64,000 bases of DNA from Acidobacteriota bacterium (GCA_019244185.1 JAFATB010000023.1:320001-384000); one strand, 5' to 3'. Shown: positions 48,974-59,198, counted from the stretch's first letter. A program made the numbers and translations. The notes: generated from the sequence alone by a model not told the origin.

Positions 48974-49010
48974 GGGATGGAGAGGTCAGGAGAAGTCTCG
49001 CGGCGCGCCG

Positions 49011-49265
49011 TCAGACCACGCGGCGCCGGCCGACGATCAGCCGATAGATGAACAGCAGGACCATCGCGCCGATGATCGAGCCGATCCAGCCTGCTGTCTG
49101 CTGATCGCGGCCCATCAGCGTCGTGGCCAGGAAGCCGCCGACGAACGATCCGGCGATGCCGAGCAGAATCGTGACGATCCAGCCACCCGGGTCGCGGCCC
49201 GGCATGAGGAACTTGGCGATGGCGCCGACGACGAGACCAAACAGGATCCATCCAATGATGTTCAT
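49011..49265 (-). CDS. GlsB/YeaQ/YmgE family stress-response membrane protein
   Basis: MNIIGWILFGLVVGAIAKFLMPGRDPGGWIVTILLGIAGSFVGG...SIIGA.VLL. RBS GGAGG. Confidence 0.92.
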   Translation of the reverse strand: MNIIGWILFGLVVGAIAKFLMPGRDPGGWIVTILLGIAGSFVGGFLATTLMGRDQQTAGWIGSIIGAMVLLFIYRLIVGRRRVV

Positions 49266-49323
49266 GCGCTTTTTTCCTCCAGTTGAAACGGCCCCCCCGC
49301 GGGAGCCTCCGGCGTTACGGATG

Positions 49324-49339
49324 AGCAACAGGCATGCCG
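49324..49339 (-). promoter_or_regulatory. Sigma54 -24/-12 promoter of glsB/yeaQ-family gene
   Basis: Minus strand CGGCATGCCTGTTGCT. Confidence 0.6.
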
Positions 49340-49389
49340 TGCTCGGCGCGCGCCGGAGTTCGCGCGGAGTTGCGGTACTCTCCGCCGCC

Positions 49390-50454
49390 ATGAAACGCAT
49401 CGGGATCCTCACCGGCGGAGGCGATTGCCCGGGCCTCAACGCCGTCATCCGCGCAGCGGTGCGCACGCTGATTCGCGATCATGAAATGGAGGTCGTCGGC
49501 ATCCAGTCGGGCTTCGAAGGTCTGCTCACGAAACAGATCGTGCCGCTGACGCTCGACTCGATCCGCGGCATCCTGCCGAAAGGCGGCACGCTGCTGCGCA
49601 CCACCAACCGCGGCAACCCGTTCGAGTATCCGACCGGCGACGGCGGCTGCGAAGACCGCTCGCAGCTCGTCGTCGACAACGCGCGCGAGCTCGGCATCGA
49701 CGGCGTCATCGCCATCGGCGGCGACGGCACGCTCAAGATCGCGCAGCGGCTCTGCGACATGGGCATCCCGATGGTCGCGGTGCCGAAGACGATCGACAAT
49801 GACCTCGCCGCCACCGACTACACCTTCGGCTTTCACACCGCGGTCGCCGTCGCCACCGACGCCGTGGATCGCCTGCATTCAACCGCCGAGAGCCACGACC
49901 GCGTGATGATCCTCGAGGTGATGGGGCGCAACGCCGGCTGGATCGCGCTCTACGCCGGACTCGCCGGCGGCGCCGACATCATCCTCATCCCGGAGATGCC
50001 GTATCGCCCCGAGGTGATCGCGCATCAGGTGCGCGATCGCCAGGCCGAGGGCGCGAAGTTCGACATCATCGTCGTCGCGGAAGGCGCGAAGCGCGTCGGC
50101 GGCGAAGAAGCCTACCTCGACAAAGCGACGCGGCGCCTCGGCGGCATCGCGTATCAGGTCGCGGCCGACATCCAGCAGGAGATCGATCTCGAAATCCGCG
50201 TGACGGTGCTCGGCCACATCCAGCGCGGCGGCTCGCCGATTCCGTTCGACCGTATCCTCGCCAGCCGCTTCGGCAAAGTCGCGGCCGATCTCGTCGCGCG
50301 GCAACAGTTCGGCGAGATGGTCGCGCTGCGGCAGGAAGAGATCGTCTCCGTGCCGATCAAAGATGCAGTCTCCCGCCCGAAGTACGTCGACCCGCACGGC
50401 CAGGTCGTCTCCACCGCCCGCTCCCTCGGCATCTCGTTCGGCGACGGCCTCTAA
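49390..50454 (+). CDS. pfkA: 6-phosphofructokinase (mixed-substrate clade, GGDGT suggests ATP use)
   Basis: LTGGGDCPGLNAVIR, IGGDGT, PKTIDND, EVMGR.AGWIA, LGHIQRGG. Confidence 0.95.
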   Translation: MKRIGILTGGGDCPGLNAVIRAAVRTLIRDHEMEVVGIQSGFEGLLTKQIVPLTLDSIRGILPKGGTLLRTTNRGNPFEYPTGDGGCEDRSQLVVDNARELGIDGVIAIGGDGTLKIAQRLCDMGIPMVAVPKTIDNDLAATDYTFGFHTAVAVATDAVDRLHSTAESHDRVMILEVMGRNAGWIALYAGLAGGADIILIPEMPYRPEVIAHQVRDRQAEGAKFDIIVVAEGAKRVGGEEAYLDKATRRLGGIAYQVAADIQQEIDLEIRVTVLGHIQRGGSPIPFDRILASRFGKVAADLVARQQFGEMVALRQEEIVSVPIKDAVSRPKYVDPHGQVVSTARSLGISFGDGL

Positions 50455-50460
50455 CCTCGA

Positions 50461-52101
50461 ATGAAAAAACTGACGGCAGTCTTTTTTCTCACGTCCCTCG
50501 CTGTCTTCGCCGCCTCGCTCGTTTCCGTGGACGTGCACGTCACGCCGCCGCAGCCGGTCGCCGCCGGCGGAACGATCCACTACAACGCGACCATCAACAA
50601 CGAAGGTCCGGACGACGCGGCCGATCTGACGTTCACGTTCACGATCCCGTCGCAGGCGACGTTCGCCGGCCTCACCGCGCCCGCGGGCTGGACGTGCACG
50701 ACCGGCGCGACGGTCACGTGCACGAAGCCCGTGCTCGGCGTCGGCTCCGAGTCGTTCGTCATCGACGTCACGACACCGCCCGATCTGCCGCCGTCGACGA
50801 TCACCGCAACGGCGAACGTGTCGACGTCGTCGAGCGACCGCGATCTCGACGACAACACGCAGACGGTCCACGTGAACGTGACGCCGCAGAGCGATCTCTC
50901 CGTCACGCTCGCCGGAGCTCCCGATCCGGTCGTCGCGGGCGAGGACCTCGACTGGACGTTCGACGTCACGAACCACGGCCCGAGCACCGTCGCCGACGGC
51001 AGCGTGTCGCTTCCGATTCCGGCTGGACTCACGTTCGTCTCCGTGAGCGCACCGGCTGGGTGGAACTGCGACAGCAGCGTCACGTGCACGCAGACCGCGT
51101 CGCTCGCGCCGAACGGCGTCGCGCATTTCGTGGTCACGACGCACGTCGCGTCGTCGACGCCCAGCGGCACGACGTACACCGCGACTGCGACGGTGAGCTC
51201 CGCGCTCGACACGATTCCGGGCAATGACACCGCGAGCGATTCGGTGACGACGACCGCCAGCACGAACGTCACCATCACCAAGAGCACGACCACGACGAGC
51301 GCCACGCCCGGCAGCGCGGTGCATTACGACATCGACGTCGCGAACTCCGGTCCGAGCGACGCGGCGAACGTGACGATGATCGACACGCTGCCCGCGGAAC
51401 TGCAGTTCGTCTCGCTGACTCCGCCCGCGAGCTGGTCGTGCACGACTCCCGTCGTCGGTGCGAGCGGCACGATCACGTGCACCGCCGCGACGCTCGCCGC
51501 GAGCGCGACGGCGCACTTCGATCTGGAGACGACGGTCTCCGCATCCGCGGCGCCGGGCACCTCGATCGTGAACCGCGCCAGCGCCGGCGGCTCCTCCGAT
51601 GCGGCGGACGCGGTGACGATCGTCGGTCCGACGGACGTCACCGGCGTGAAGTCGGTCGAAGGTCCGTTCGGTCAGGGCGCGCTGATCACGTACACGATCG
51701 TCCTCGCGAACCACGGCGACGTCGCGCAGCCCGACAACCTCGGCGACGAGCTCGTCGACACGCTTCCCGCCGGGCTCACGCTCGTCGACGCGAGCGCGGA
51801 CAGCGGCACCGCCAGCGCGGATCTCGCGCTGAATCGCGTACGCTGGAACGGCGCGATCGCCGCGGACGGAAACGTCACGATCACCATTCACGCGCGCATC
51901 ACCGGCGGCGGCTCCGGAACGCAGATCGCGAACGTCGCGACGATTGCCTTCGACGCCGACGGCAACGGCACGAACGAGACCACGCGCAACACGAACGTCG
52001 TCAAGTTCGCGGTCGAAGCCGCGGTGCCGGCGCTCTCGCCGATGATGCTCGCGCTGCTCGCGGCGCTGCTCGCGTTCGTCGGCATCGGACGCCGCTTGTA
52101 G
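50461..52101 (+). CDS. DUF11-repeat surface protein with IPTL-CTERM-like sorting signal
   Basis: Signal peptide, about four Ig-like N.GP..A...P.G repeats with paired Cys, Thr/Ser rich. C-terminal VPALS + TM + RRL. Confidence 0.82.
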   Translation: MKKLTAVFFLTSLAVFAASLVSVDVHVTPPQPVAAGGTIHYNATINNEGPDDAADLTFTFTIPSQATFAGLTAPAGWTCTTGATVTCTKPVLGVGSESFVIDVTTPPDLPPSTITATANVSTSSSDRDLDDNTQTVHVNVTPQSDLSVTLAGAPDPVVAGEDLDWTFDVTNHGPSTVADGSVSLPIPAGLTFVSVSAPAGWNCDSSVTCTQTASLAPNGVAHFVVTTHVASSTPSGTTYTATATVSSALDTIPGNDTASDSVTTTASTNVTITKSTTTTSATPGSAVHYDIDVANSGPSDAANVTMIDTLPAELQFVSLTPPASWSCTTPVVGASGTITCTAATLAASATAHFDLETTVSASAAPGTSIVNRASAGGSSDAADAVTIVGPTDVTGVKSVEGPFGQGALITYTIVLANHGDVAQPDNLGDELVDTLPAGLTLVDASADSGTASADLALNRVRWNGAIAADGNVTITIHARITGGGSGTQIANVATIAFDADGNGTNETTRNTNVVKFAVEAAVPALSPMMLALLAALLAFVGIGRRL

Positions 52102-52111
52102 AATGCGCCCC

Positions 52112-52912
52112 ATGGCCGGAACTCTCGTCGACTATCGAGTCGAAAAAGGCGTGGCGATCTTCGAGCTGAATGATCCGCCCGCGAACACGTACACCTACGA
52201 GATGAACCGCGAGCTGGACGACTGCATCCTGCGCGCGCGCATGGACGACGAGGTGCACGTGATCGTCCTGCGCGGCGCGGGGGAGAAGTTCTTCTCCGCG
52301 GGCGCGAACATCCGCATGCTCTCGGAGGTCACGCCGCAGTTCAAGTACTACTTCTGCCTCCACGCGAACGAGACCATGAGCCGGCTCGAGCAGACGCCGA
52401 AGCTCGTCATCGCCGCGCTGAACGGCCACACCGTTGGCGGCGGTCTCGAGATCGCGCTGGCGGCCGACATCCGCATCGCGCTGCAGGGCGCGGGCAAGCT
52501 CGGACTGCCCGAGGTCTCGCTCGGCGTGCTGCCCGGCACGGGCGGAACGCAGCGCCTCTCGCGGCTCGTCGGCAAGAACAAGTCGATGCAGCTGATGATG
52601 GAGGGCGGCCTCATGACGTTCGAGGACGCGCGCGAGCTCGGCATCGTCAACTACGTCTGGCCGGCCGAAGAAGACGGGAAGAAGTGGTGGGAACGCGTGA
52701 TGGAGTACGCGTGGAGCTTCTGCCCGCCGAACAAAGCGTCGAAAGCGGTCGGCCGCATCAAGCGCGCGGTGCAGACGGGGTGGGAGATCCCGATCGAGAC
52801 CGGACTCGCGCTCGAGCGCGAGCTGCAGCAGCAACTCTTCCAGAGCGACGACGCGCGCGAAGGGCTCGCCGCGTACAACGAGAAGCGGAAGGCCAGCTTC
52901 TCGGGAAAGTAA
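52112..52912 (+). CDS. Enoyl-CoA hydratase/isomerase family protein
   Basis: FFSAGANI, VIAALNGHTVGGGLEIALAADIRIA, GLPEVSLGVLPGTGGTQRL. Confidence 0.93.
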   Translation: MAGTLVDYRVEKGVAIFELNDPPANTYTYEMNRELDDCILRARMDDEVHVIVLRGAGEKFFSAGANIRMLSEVTPQFKYYFCLHANETMSRLEQTPKLVIAALNGHTVGGGLEIALAADIRIALQGAGKLGLPEVSLGVLPGTGGTQRLSRLVGKNKSMQLMMEGGLMTFEDARELGIVNYVWPAEEDGKKWWERVMEYAWSFCPPNKASKAVGRIKRAVQTGWEIPIETGLALERELQQQLFQSDDAREGLAAYNEKRKASFSGK

Positions 52913-52926
52913 ACAGGTTGACCACC

Positions 52927-54036
52927 ATGCGCTACCGCAAACTGCACGGCACCGAGCTCTCGCTCTCCGAGCTTGGGTTCGGGACGTGGACGCTCGCCAC
53001 CGGCTGGTGGGGGACGTACACCGATGACGAGGCGCGGCGCCTGATCTCGATCGCCGTCGACCGCGGCGTCAACTACATCGACACCGCCGACGCGTACGGC
53101 AACGGCCGCGGCGAGACGATGCTCGCGCCGCTGCTGCGCGAACATCCCGAGCTCATCGTCGGCACGAAGTTCGGCTACGACTTCTACAACAACCCCGAGC
53201 GCCCGCGCGGCCAGCGCGAGCTGCCGCAGGACTTCACGCCGCAGTTCATCCGCTTCGCCTGCGAGCAATCGCTGCAGCGCCTCGGCGTCGACCACATCGC
53301 CATCTACCAGCCGCACAACCCGCGCGTCGTGACGCTGCTGCAGGACGAGCATTGGGAGACGCTCGAAACGCTCAAGAGCGAAGGCAAGATCTCGTCGTAC
53401 GGCCCGTCGCTCGGCCCCGCCATCGGCTGGCGCGACGAGGGCATCTACGCGAACGCCGTGCGCCACGCGCCGGTGACGCAGATGATCTACAACCTCCTCG
53501 AGCAGGATCCGGGACGCGAGTTCATCCTCGCGGCTGAGCGCGGTCCGTCGTACGCCGGCGTCGACGAAGCGCGGCGCGGCGAGGCGAACAAGAAGCTGTG
53601 CGCGCCGAGCAGCGCGTTCGAGCACGAGTTCCGCGCGTGGAAAGCGCATCCCGCGCCGCAGTTCCTCATCCGCGTCACGCATTCCTCGGGCATGCTCGAA
53701 GGGAAGTACACGCTCGACACGAAGTTCGATGAGAACGATCACCGCTCGCACCGTCCGCGCGCGTGGCTCGTCGAAGGCGTGCAGAAAGTCGAGAAAGTCG
53801 AGCCGCTCTGCCGCGAGCGCGGCGTCACCATCGGCCAGCTCGCATTGCTCTGGCTCTACGCACATCCGTCCATCGTCTCCGCGCTGCCGAACATCTACGA
53901 CGAAACGCAGCTCGACGAGTTCCTCGGCGCCTCCGAGCACGCGCCGCTGAATGACGGCGAGATGGAGCGGATTCACGCGCTGTACGAGCGCAACTTCGAC
54001 GTCGTGCCGTACGTGGAAGAGCGCGTGACGGCGTAA
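52927..54036 (+). CDS. Aldo/keto reductase
   Basis: LSELGFGTW, IDTADAYG.G..E, VGTKFG, EQSLQRLG.DHI.IYQ.HNP, YNLLEQ. Confidence 0.92.
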   Translation: MRYRKLHGTELSLSELGFGTWTLATGWWGTYTDDEARRLISIAVDRGVNYIDTADAYGNGRGETMLAPLLREHPELIVGTKFGYDFYNNPERPRGQRELPQDFTPQFIRFACEQSLQRLGVDHIAIYQPHNPRVVTLLQDEHWETLETLKSEGKISSYGPSLGPAIGWRDEGIYANAVRHAPVTQMIYNLLEQDPGREFILAAERGPSYAGVDEARRGEANKKLCAPSSAFEHEFRAWKAHPAPQFLIRVTHSSGMLEGKYTLDTKFDENDHRSHRPRAWLVEGVQKVEKVEPLCRERGVTIGQLALLWLYAHPSIVSALPNIYDETQLDEFLGASEHAPLNDGEMERIHALYERNFDVVPYVEERVTA

Positions 54037-54042
54037 AGACGT

Positions 54043-54864
54043 CTACCGCGCCGGCTGAAACAGCGCACGCCACGCGGCCGGCGTGAAGCCCGTCTCGGCG
54101 CGAAAGCGGTTCGTCAGATGCGACTGGCTGGAGAAGCCGGCGTCGAGCGCGATGTCCGCGATCGGCTTGTTGCCACGTGCGAGCTCGCGCTGCGCGCGCT
54201 CGACGCGCAGCGTCTGCACGTAGTCCGTGATTGTGACGCCGAAGCGGCGGCGGAACGCGGCCGACAGATGCACGGGATGCACGCCCGCGCTGGCGGCGGC
54301 GATGTCGGCGAGGCGCACGTTCGCGGTGTAATGCGCGTCGAGATACGCGCGAGCGGCGTCGAGCCACGTGCTGCGCAGCATGGGGGCGACCGTCTCGCGC
54401 GTGCGCGTGGCTTCGAGCACGAGGAGTTGTGTCAGCGTGGCGGCGTCGTTCGGCGAGAGCTCGTGCTGCGCGGCGAGGTAAAGCCGCGCGGCGATGCTCC
54501 GCGCGCGGCCGCGCACGGCGAACGACGCGTTCGCAGGCAGCGACGCGCCGAAGCGCGCGAGCGCGTCGCGTCCCAGCTCGACGGAGAAGAGACGTCCGCC
54601 CTCCGCGCCAAACTGTTCGCTGTGCGGCTCGCGCGCGGGATGAAAGAACACGCTGCCCGGACGCCGCATGCGCTCGCCGCTCACGGAGCGCTGGCGGCTC
54701 TCGCCGCCGAGGACGAGGCAGAAGTACGCCTGCTCGTGCGCGTGGGGACGCGTGGCGTGATGCGCGTCGAACCGCACCGTGCGGTAGCGCACCGCATCAA
54801 CTTCCGCCTCGGCCACCGTCGTTCCGTGAAAGCTCACGCGCGCGCCGCCTCGCTCATCGTCCAT
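54043..54864 (-). CDS. AraC family transcriptional regulator (cupin + HTH)
   Basis: PHAHE...HSE cupin, GVHPVHLSAAFRR..G, IADIALDAGFSSQSHLT..FR..TGFTP. Confidence 0.92.
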   Translation of the reverse strand: MDDERGGARVSFHGTTVAEAEVDAVRYRTVRFDAHHATRPHAHEQAYFCLVLGGESRQRSVSGERMRRPGSVFFHPAREPHSEQFGAEGGRLFSVELGRDALARFGASLPANASFAVRGRARSIAARLYLAAQHELSPNDAATLTQLLVLEATRTRETVAPMLRSTWLDAARAYLDAHYTANVRLADIAAASAGVHPVHLSAAFRRRFGVTITDYVQTLRVERAQRELARGNKPIADIALDAGFSSQSHLTNRFRAETGFTPAAWRALFQPAR

Positions 54865-54932
54865 AGGACCTCTGCACTCGTGCAGAGGTTCCGCAGCATC
54901 GCACGGCTGCGGCTTGCGCTAGAATCCGCCTC

Positions 54933-56216
54933 ATGCGCAACAAAGCTCTGATTCTTTCCACCGCGATTCTCTCCCTCGTGCTCATGGGCTGCCCGCCGAA
55001 AACGGGAGAGACCGGAGGCGCGGCCGCCACGACAGACGCCGGCGGCGAGATCCTCGTCGGCGAGTTCGGCTCGCTCACCGGTTCCGAAGCCACGTTCGGA
55101 CAGTCGACGCACAACGGCATCATGCTCGCGATCGACGAAGTCAACGCCGCGGGCGGCGTGAACAACCGCAAGATCCGCGTCCTCACCGAAGACGACCAGT
55201 CGAAGGCCGAGGAAGCCGCGAACGCGGTGACGAAGCTGATCTCGCAGAACAACGTCGTCTCGATCCTCGGCGAAGTCGCGTCGTCGAACTCGCTCGCCGC
55301 CGCGCCGATCTGCCAGCAGAACAAGGTGCCGATGATCACGCCGTCGTCGACGAACCCGCGCGTCACCGAAGTCGGCGACTACATCTTCCGCATGTGCTTC
55401 ATCGACCCGTATCAGGGCGAAGCCATGGCGAACTACCTCACGAAAGAACTGAAGCTCAAGCGCGCCGCGATCCTGATCGACGTCAAGAGCGACTACTCGA
55501 CGGGACTCGCGCAGTACTTCGAGCGCACGTTCACCGCGAACGGCGGCCAGATCGTCGGCAAGCAGAGCTACTCGAAGGGCGACAGCGACTTCCGCTCGCA
55601 GCTCACCGCGATCAAAGCCGCGAACCCGCAAGTGATCTTCGTCCCGGGCTACTACAACGACATCGGCCAGATCGCCATCCAGGCGCGCGACCTCGGCATG
55701 TCGCAGCCGCTCGCCGGCGGCGACGGCTGGGAATCGCCGAAGCTCATCGAGATCGGCGGCAAGGCGCTGGAAGGCTGCTTCTACTCGAACCACTATCACG
55801 TCGACGATCCGGCGCCGGCCGTGCGCACGTTCGTGCAGAAGTATCAGGAGCGCTACGGTGCGAAGCCGGACGCGCTCGCGGCGCTCGGCTACGACAGCGC
55901 GAAAGTGCTCGCCGAGGCGATCAAGCGCGCGGGCAAGACCGACGGTCCGGCGCTGCGTGACGCGATCGCGCAGACGAAGGGCTACCTCGGCGTGACCGGT
56001 CTCATCAACCTCGGGCCGGACCGCAACCCGGTCGGCAAGAAGCTGGCGATCCTCGAGATCCGCAACGGCCAGACCGCGCTCAAGGGCATCGTCGATCCGA
56101 ACGCATCGGCCGGAGCCGCCGCGGGAGCGACCGATACGACCGGCACGACCGCCAGCGCGGCGACGACCGGCACGACCGGCTCGACGCCGACGACCGGCAC
56201 CACGCGCACGCAGTAA
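54933..56216 (+). CDS. livK: Branched-chain amino acid ABC transporter substrate-binding lipoprotein
   Basis: Lipobox LMGC, SLTG..A.FG, EDDQSK, PMITPSSTNP, YIFRMCFID..QG, ALGYD. Confidence 0.9.
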   Translation: MRNKALILSTAILSLVLMGCPPKTGETGGAAATTDAGGEILVGEFGSLTGSEATFGQSTHNGIMLAIDEVNAAGGVNNRKIRVLTEDDQSKAEEAANAVTKLISQNNVVSILGEVASSNSLAAAPICQQNKVPMITPSSTNPRVTEVGDYIFRMCFIDPYQGEAMANYLTKELKLKRAAILIDVKSDYSTGLAQYFERTFTANGGQIVGKQSYSKGDSDFRSQLTAIKAANPQVIFVPGYYNDIGQIAIQARDLGMSQPLAGGDGWESPKLIEIGGKALEGCFYSNHYHVDDPAPAVRTFVQKYQERYGAKPDALAALGYDSAKVLAEAIKRAGKTDGPALRDAIAQTKGYLGVTGLINLGPDRNPVGKKLAILEIRNGQTALKGIVDPNASAGAAAGATDTTGTTASAATTGTTGSTPTTGTTRTQ

Positions 56217-56242
56217 GCGCTACATTCCTCTTTACATTACGG

Positions 56243-56274
56243 GGTCCGGCGAGTAGTTTTCGCCGGACCTTTTT
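56243..56274 (+). terminator. Intra-operon hairpin/terminator after livK
   Basis: GGTCCGGCGA-loop-TCGCCGGACC-TTTTT. Confidence 0.7.
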
Positions 56275-56280
56275 CTTTGC

Positions 56281-57186
56281 ATGCAGACTCTGCTTCAGAA
56301 CCTGCTGAACGGGATTGCCTCCGGCTCGATTTACGCGCTGATCGCCCTCGGCTACACGATGGTGTACGGCATCCTGAAGCTGATCAACTTCGCCCACGGC
56401 GACATCTTCATGCTCGGCTCGTTCGTCGGCTTCTACGCCGGCAACTTCATCGCCAAACAGAACGGCGGAGGCTCTTCGCCGCTCAGCGCCGCGCTGGTCA
56501 TGCTCCTCTCGATGATCGTCTGCGGCGCCTTCGGGTACCTCAACGAGCGCATCGCCTACCGTCCGCTGCGCAACGCGCCGCGCATCGCGTCGCTGATCAC
56601 GGCGATCGGCGTGTCCTTCTTCCTCGAGTTCGGCGGCCAGTTCGTCTTTGGTCCCGATCCGAAGTTCTTCCCGACGCTGATCGACAAGCACGTCATTCAG
56701 TTCGCGGGCGTCGTGACGACCAACTACCAGCTCATCGTGCTCGGCGTCGCCATCGCCTTCATGGCGCTGCTGCAGTACATCGTCTACGGCACGAAGTACG
56801 GCCGCGCCATGCGCGCCGTCTCGTACAACTTCGAGACCGCGTCGCTGATGGGCATTCCCACCGATCGCGTGATCTCGACGACGTTCGTCATTGGCTCGAT
56901 GCTCGCCGCGGTGGCCGGCATCCTCTACGGCCTGTCGTATCCGAAGATCGATCCGCTGATGGGCGTCATGCCCGGCCTCAAGGCGTTCGTCGCCGCGGTG
57001 CTCGGCGGCATCGGCAACGTCCCGGGCGCGGTCGTGGGCGGGCTGCTGATCGGCATCATCGAGTCGTTCGTCGGCGGCAGCGCGTACTCGAACTATCGCG
57101 ACGCGATCGCGTTCGTGATCCTCATCGTGATCCTGTTGTTCCGGCCGAGCGGCTTGTTTGGGAAGTATCAGGCGGAAAAAGTCTGA
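56281..57186 (+). CDS. livH: BCAA ABC transporter permease
   Basis: GSIYALIALGYTMVYGILKLINFAHGD, GLKAFVAAVLGGIG. Confidence 0.95.
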   Translation: MQTLLQNLLNGIASGSIYALIALGYTMVYGILKLINFAHGDIFMLGSFVGFYAGNFIAKQNGGGSSPLSAALVMLLSMIVCGAFGYLNERIAYRPLRNAPRIASLITAIGVSFFLEFGGQFVFGPDPKFFPTLIDKHVIQFAGVVTTNYQLIVLGVAIAFMALLQYIVYGTKYGRAMRAVSYNFETASLMGIPTDRVISTTFVIGSMLAAVAGILYGLSYPKIDPLMGVMPGLKAFVAAVLGGIGNVPGAVVGGLLIGIIESFVGGSAYSNYRDAIAFVILIVILLFRPSGLFGKYQAEKV

Positions 57187-57279
57187 ATGAAGAACGCAGA
57201 ACGCAGAACGAAGAATGAAGAAATGGGCCCGGCGTGCTCATTTCTCAATTCTTCATTCTGCGTTCTGCGTTCTTCATTC
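57184..57279. repeat. Heptamer-array palindrome, copy C (livH-livM)
   Basis: TGAATGAAGAACGCAGAACGCAGAACGAAGAATGAAGAA-spacer-TTCTCAATTCTTCATTCTGCGTTCTGCGTTCTTCATTC. Confidence 0.9.
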
Positions 57280-57302
57280 CGCCTCCCCGGAGGCGGGTTC
57301 TA

Positions 57303-58403
57303 ATGTTCCGCCGCTGGTATCTCCGCGACTTCATCCTGCTCATCATCTACATCGCCGTGCTGTACGGCGCGTGGGTCGCGCTCGAATACGCGGCCGTGTA
57401 CTGGCCGTCGATGCGCTACTACAACCGCATCCTCGTGATGATGGGCATCAACATCACGCTCGCGGTGTCGCTCAACATCATCAACGGCCACGCCGGACAG
57501 TTCTCGCTCGGCCACGCCGGGTTCATGGCCGTCGGCGCGTACAGCGCGGCGTATCTCTCCGTCTACTACTTCGGTCCGTACGTCGCGAAGATGCCGGACG
57601 GCAGCGCGCAGCAGATCGTCTGGCAGAACCTTCTGCTGATCGTGGCCGTGCTCGCGGGCGGACTCATGTCCGCGATCGCGGGCTACATCGTCGGTCTGCC
57701 GTCGCTGCGCCTGCGCGGTGACTATCTCGCCATCGTCACGCTCGGCTTCGGCGAGATCATCCGCGTGCTGATCCTCAACATCGAAGCGATCGGCGCGGCG
57801 CGCGGTCTCAGCGGCATCCCGGCGTGGAGCAGTTTTTTCTGGGTCTTCTTCTTCTGCGGACTGACGATCCTGATCTCGAACCGCCTCGTGAGCTCGTCGG
57901 TCGGCCGCGCGTTCCTAGCCATCCGCGAGGACCAGATCGCGGCCGAGTCGATGGGCATCGACACGACGCGCTACAAGGTGAAGGCGTTCATCATCGGCTC
58001 GTGTCTCGCCGGCGTCGCGGGCGGGCTCTTCGCGCACTACACGCCCGCGTATCTGAATCCGACCGGCTTCACCTTCATCCGCTCGTTCGAGGTCGTGGCG
58101 ATGGTGGTCCTCGGCGGACTCGGATCGATCTCCGGCTCGATCGTCGCGGCGATCATCCTCACGCTGCTCCCCGAGGCGCTGCGGCCGGTGAAGGACTACA
58201 TGCCGGGCGGCCGCGATCCGCGCATGGTCATCTACTCGATCATGCTCATCGTGCTGATGCTCACGCGGCCGCAGGGACTCTTCGGCCGCAAGGAGCTGTG
58301 GCAGTTCCTGCCGCGCCGCAAGGACTCGCTTCCGAACGAGGCGCGTGATGAAGGCAACGCGGACGACAAGCTCGATCGCGACGCCGCGCCGCCGGTGACT
58401 TAG
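57303..58403 (+). CDS. livM: BCAA ABC transporter permease
   Basis: GQFSLGHAGF, LRLRGDYLAIVTLGFGEI, AIRED.IAA..MGI, MVVLGGLGS. Confidence 0.95.
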   Translation: MFRRWYLRDFILLIIYIAVLYGAWVALEYAAVYWPSMRYYNRILVMMGINITLAVSLNIINGHAGQFSLGHAGFMAVGAYSAAYLSVYYFGPYVAKMPDGSAQQIVWQNLLLIVAVLAGGLMSAIAGYIVGLPSLRLRGDYLAIVTLGFGEIIRVLILNIEAIGAARGLSGIPAWSSFFWVFFFCGLTILISNRLVSSSVGRAFLAIREDQIAAESMGIDTTRYKVKAFIIGSCLAGVAGGLFAHYTPAYLNPTGFTFIRSFEVVAMVVLGGLGSISGSIVAAIILTLLPEALRPVKDYMPGGRDPRMVIYSIMLIVLMLTRPQGLFGRKELWQFLPRRKDSLPNEARDEGNADDKLDRDAAPPVT

Positions 58404-58409
58404 ACGCTC

Positions 58410-59198
58410 ATGGCCAACGACGCTTTGCTGCAGGCGAATCACGTCACCATCCGCTTCGGCGGACTGACGGCGGTCTCCGACTTCAATCTCGACGTTCAGC
58501 CGCGCGAGCTCCTCGGCCTGATCGGTCCGAACGGCGCCGGCAAGACCACGATCTTCAACATGCTCACCGGCGTGTACAAGCCGACCGAGGGCGACATCGC
58601 CATCGGCGGCGTGTCGACGCGCGAGATGAAGCCGTACCAGATCACGAGCCTCGGACTCGCGCGCACGTTCCAGAACATCCGCCTCTTCAAAGAGCTGACC
58701 GTGCTCGAGAACGTGAAGATCGGCGGCCACATCCACTACAAGTACTCCAGCACCTCCGCGGTGCTGCACACGAATCGCTTTCACGAGGCGGAAGCGGAAG
58801 CGGAAGCGCAGGCCATGAAGCTGCTCGACATCTTCGACCTCCGCACGCGCGCCGATCACGCCGCGAAGAACCTGCCGTACGGCGATCAGCGCCGCCTCGA
58901 GATCGCGCGCGCGCTCGCCGCGCGTCCGAAGCTGCTGCTGCTCGACGAGCCCGCGGCGGGACTCAACGACAGCGAGACCCGCGCGCTCATGGGCACGATC
59001 CACGACATCCGCGACCGCTTCCAGATCGCGATCCTGCTCATCGAGCACAACATGGAACTGGTGATGGGCATCTGCGAGCGGATCGTCGTGCTGAACTTCG
59101 GCAAGACCATCGCCGTCGGGACGCCCGCCGAGATCCGCTCGAACGACGCGGTCATCGAGGCTTACCTCGGCGAGCCGGTGTCGGAGGCGCACGCATGA
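58410..59198 (+). CDS. livG: BCAA ABC transporter ATP-binding protein
   Basis: GPNGAGKTT, ARTFQNIRLF, LPYG.QRRLEIARAL, LDEPAAG, EAYLG. Confidence 0.95.
   Translation: MANDALLQANHVTIRFGGLTAVSDFNLDVQPRELLGLIGPNGAGKTTIFNMLTGVYKPTEGDIAIGGVSTREMKPYQITSLGLARTFQNIRLFKELTVLENVKIGGHIHYKYSSTSAVLHTNRFHEAEAEAEAQAMKLLDIFDLRTRADHAAKNLPYGDQRRLEIARALAARPKLLLLDEPAAGLNDSETRALMGTIHDIRDRFQIAILLIEHNMELVMGICERIVVLNFGKTIAVGTPAEIRSNDAVIEAYLGEPVSEAHA

Noticed and set aside
57234-57302. Upstream GTG start for livM ([15 protein letters not shown])
   Set aside because: This peptide is a translation of heptamer repeat C. ATG 57303 has a GGAGG RBS.
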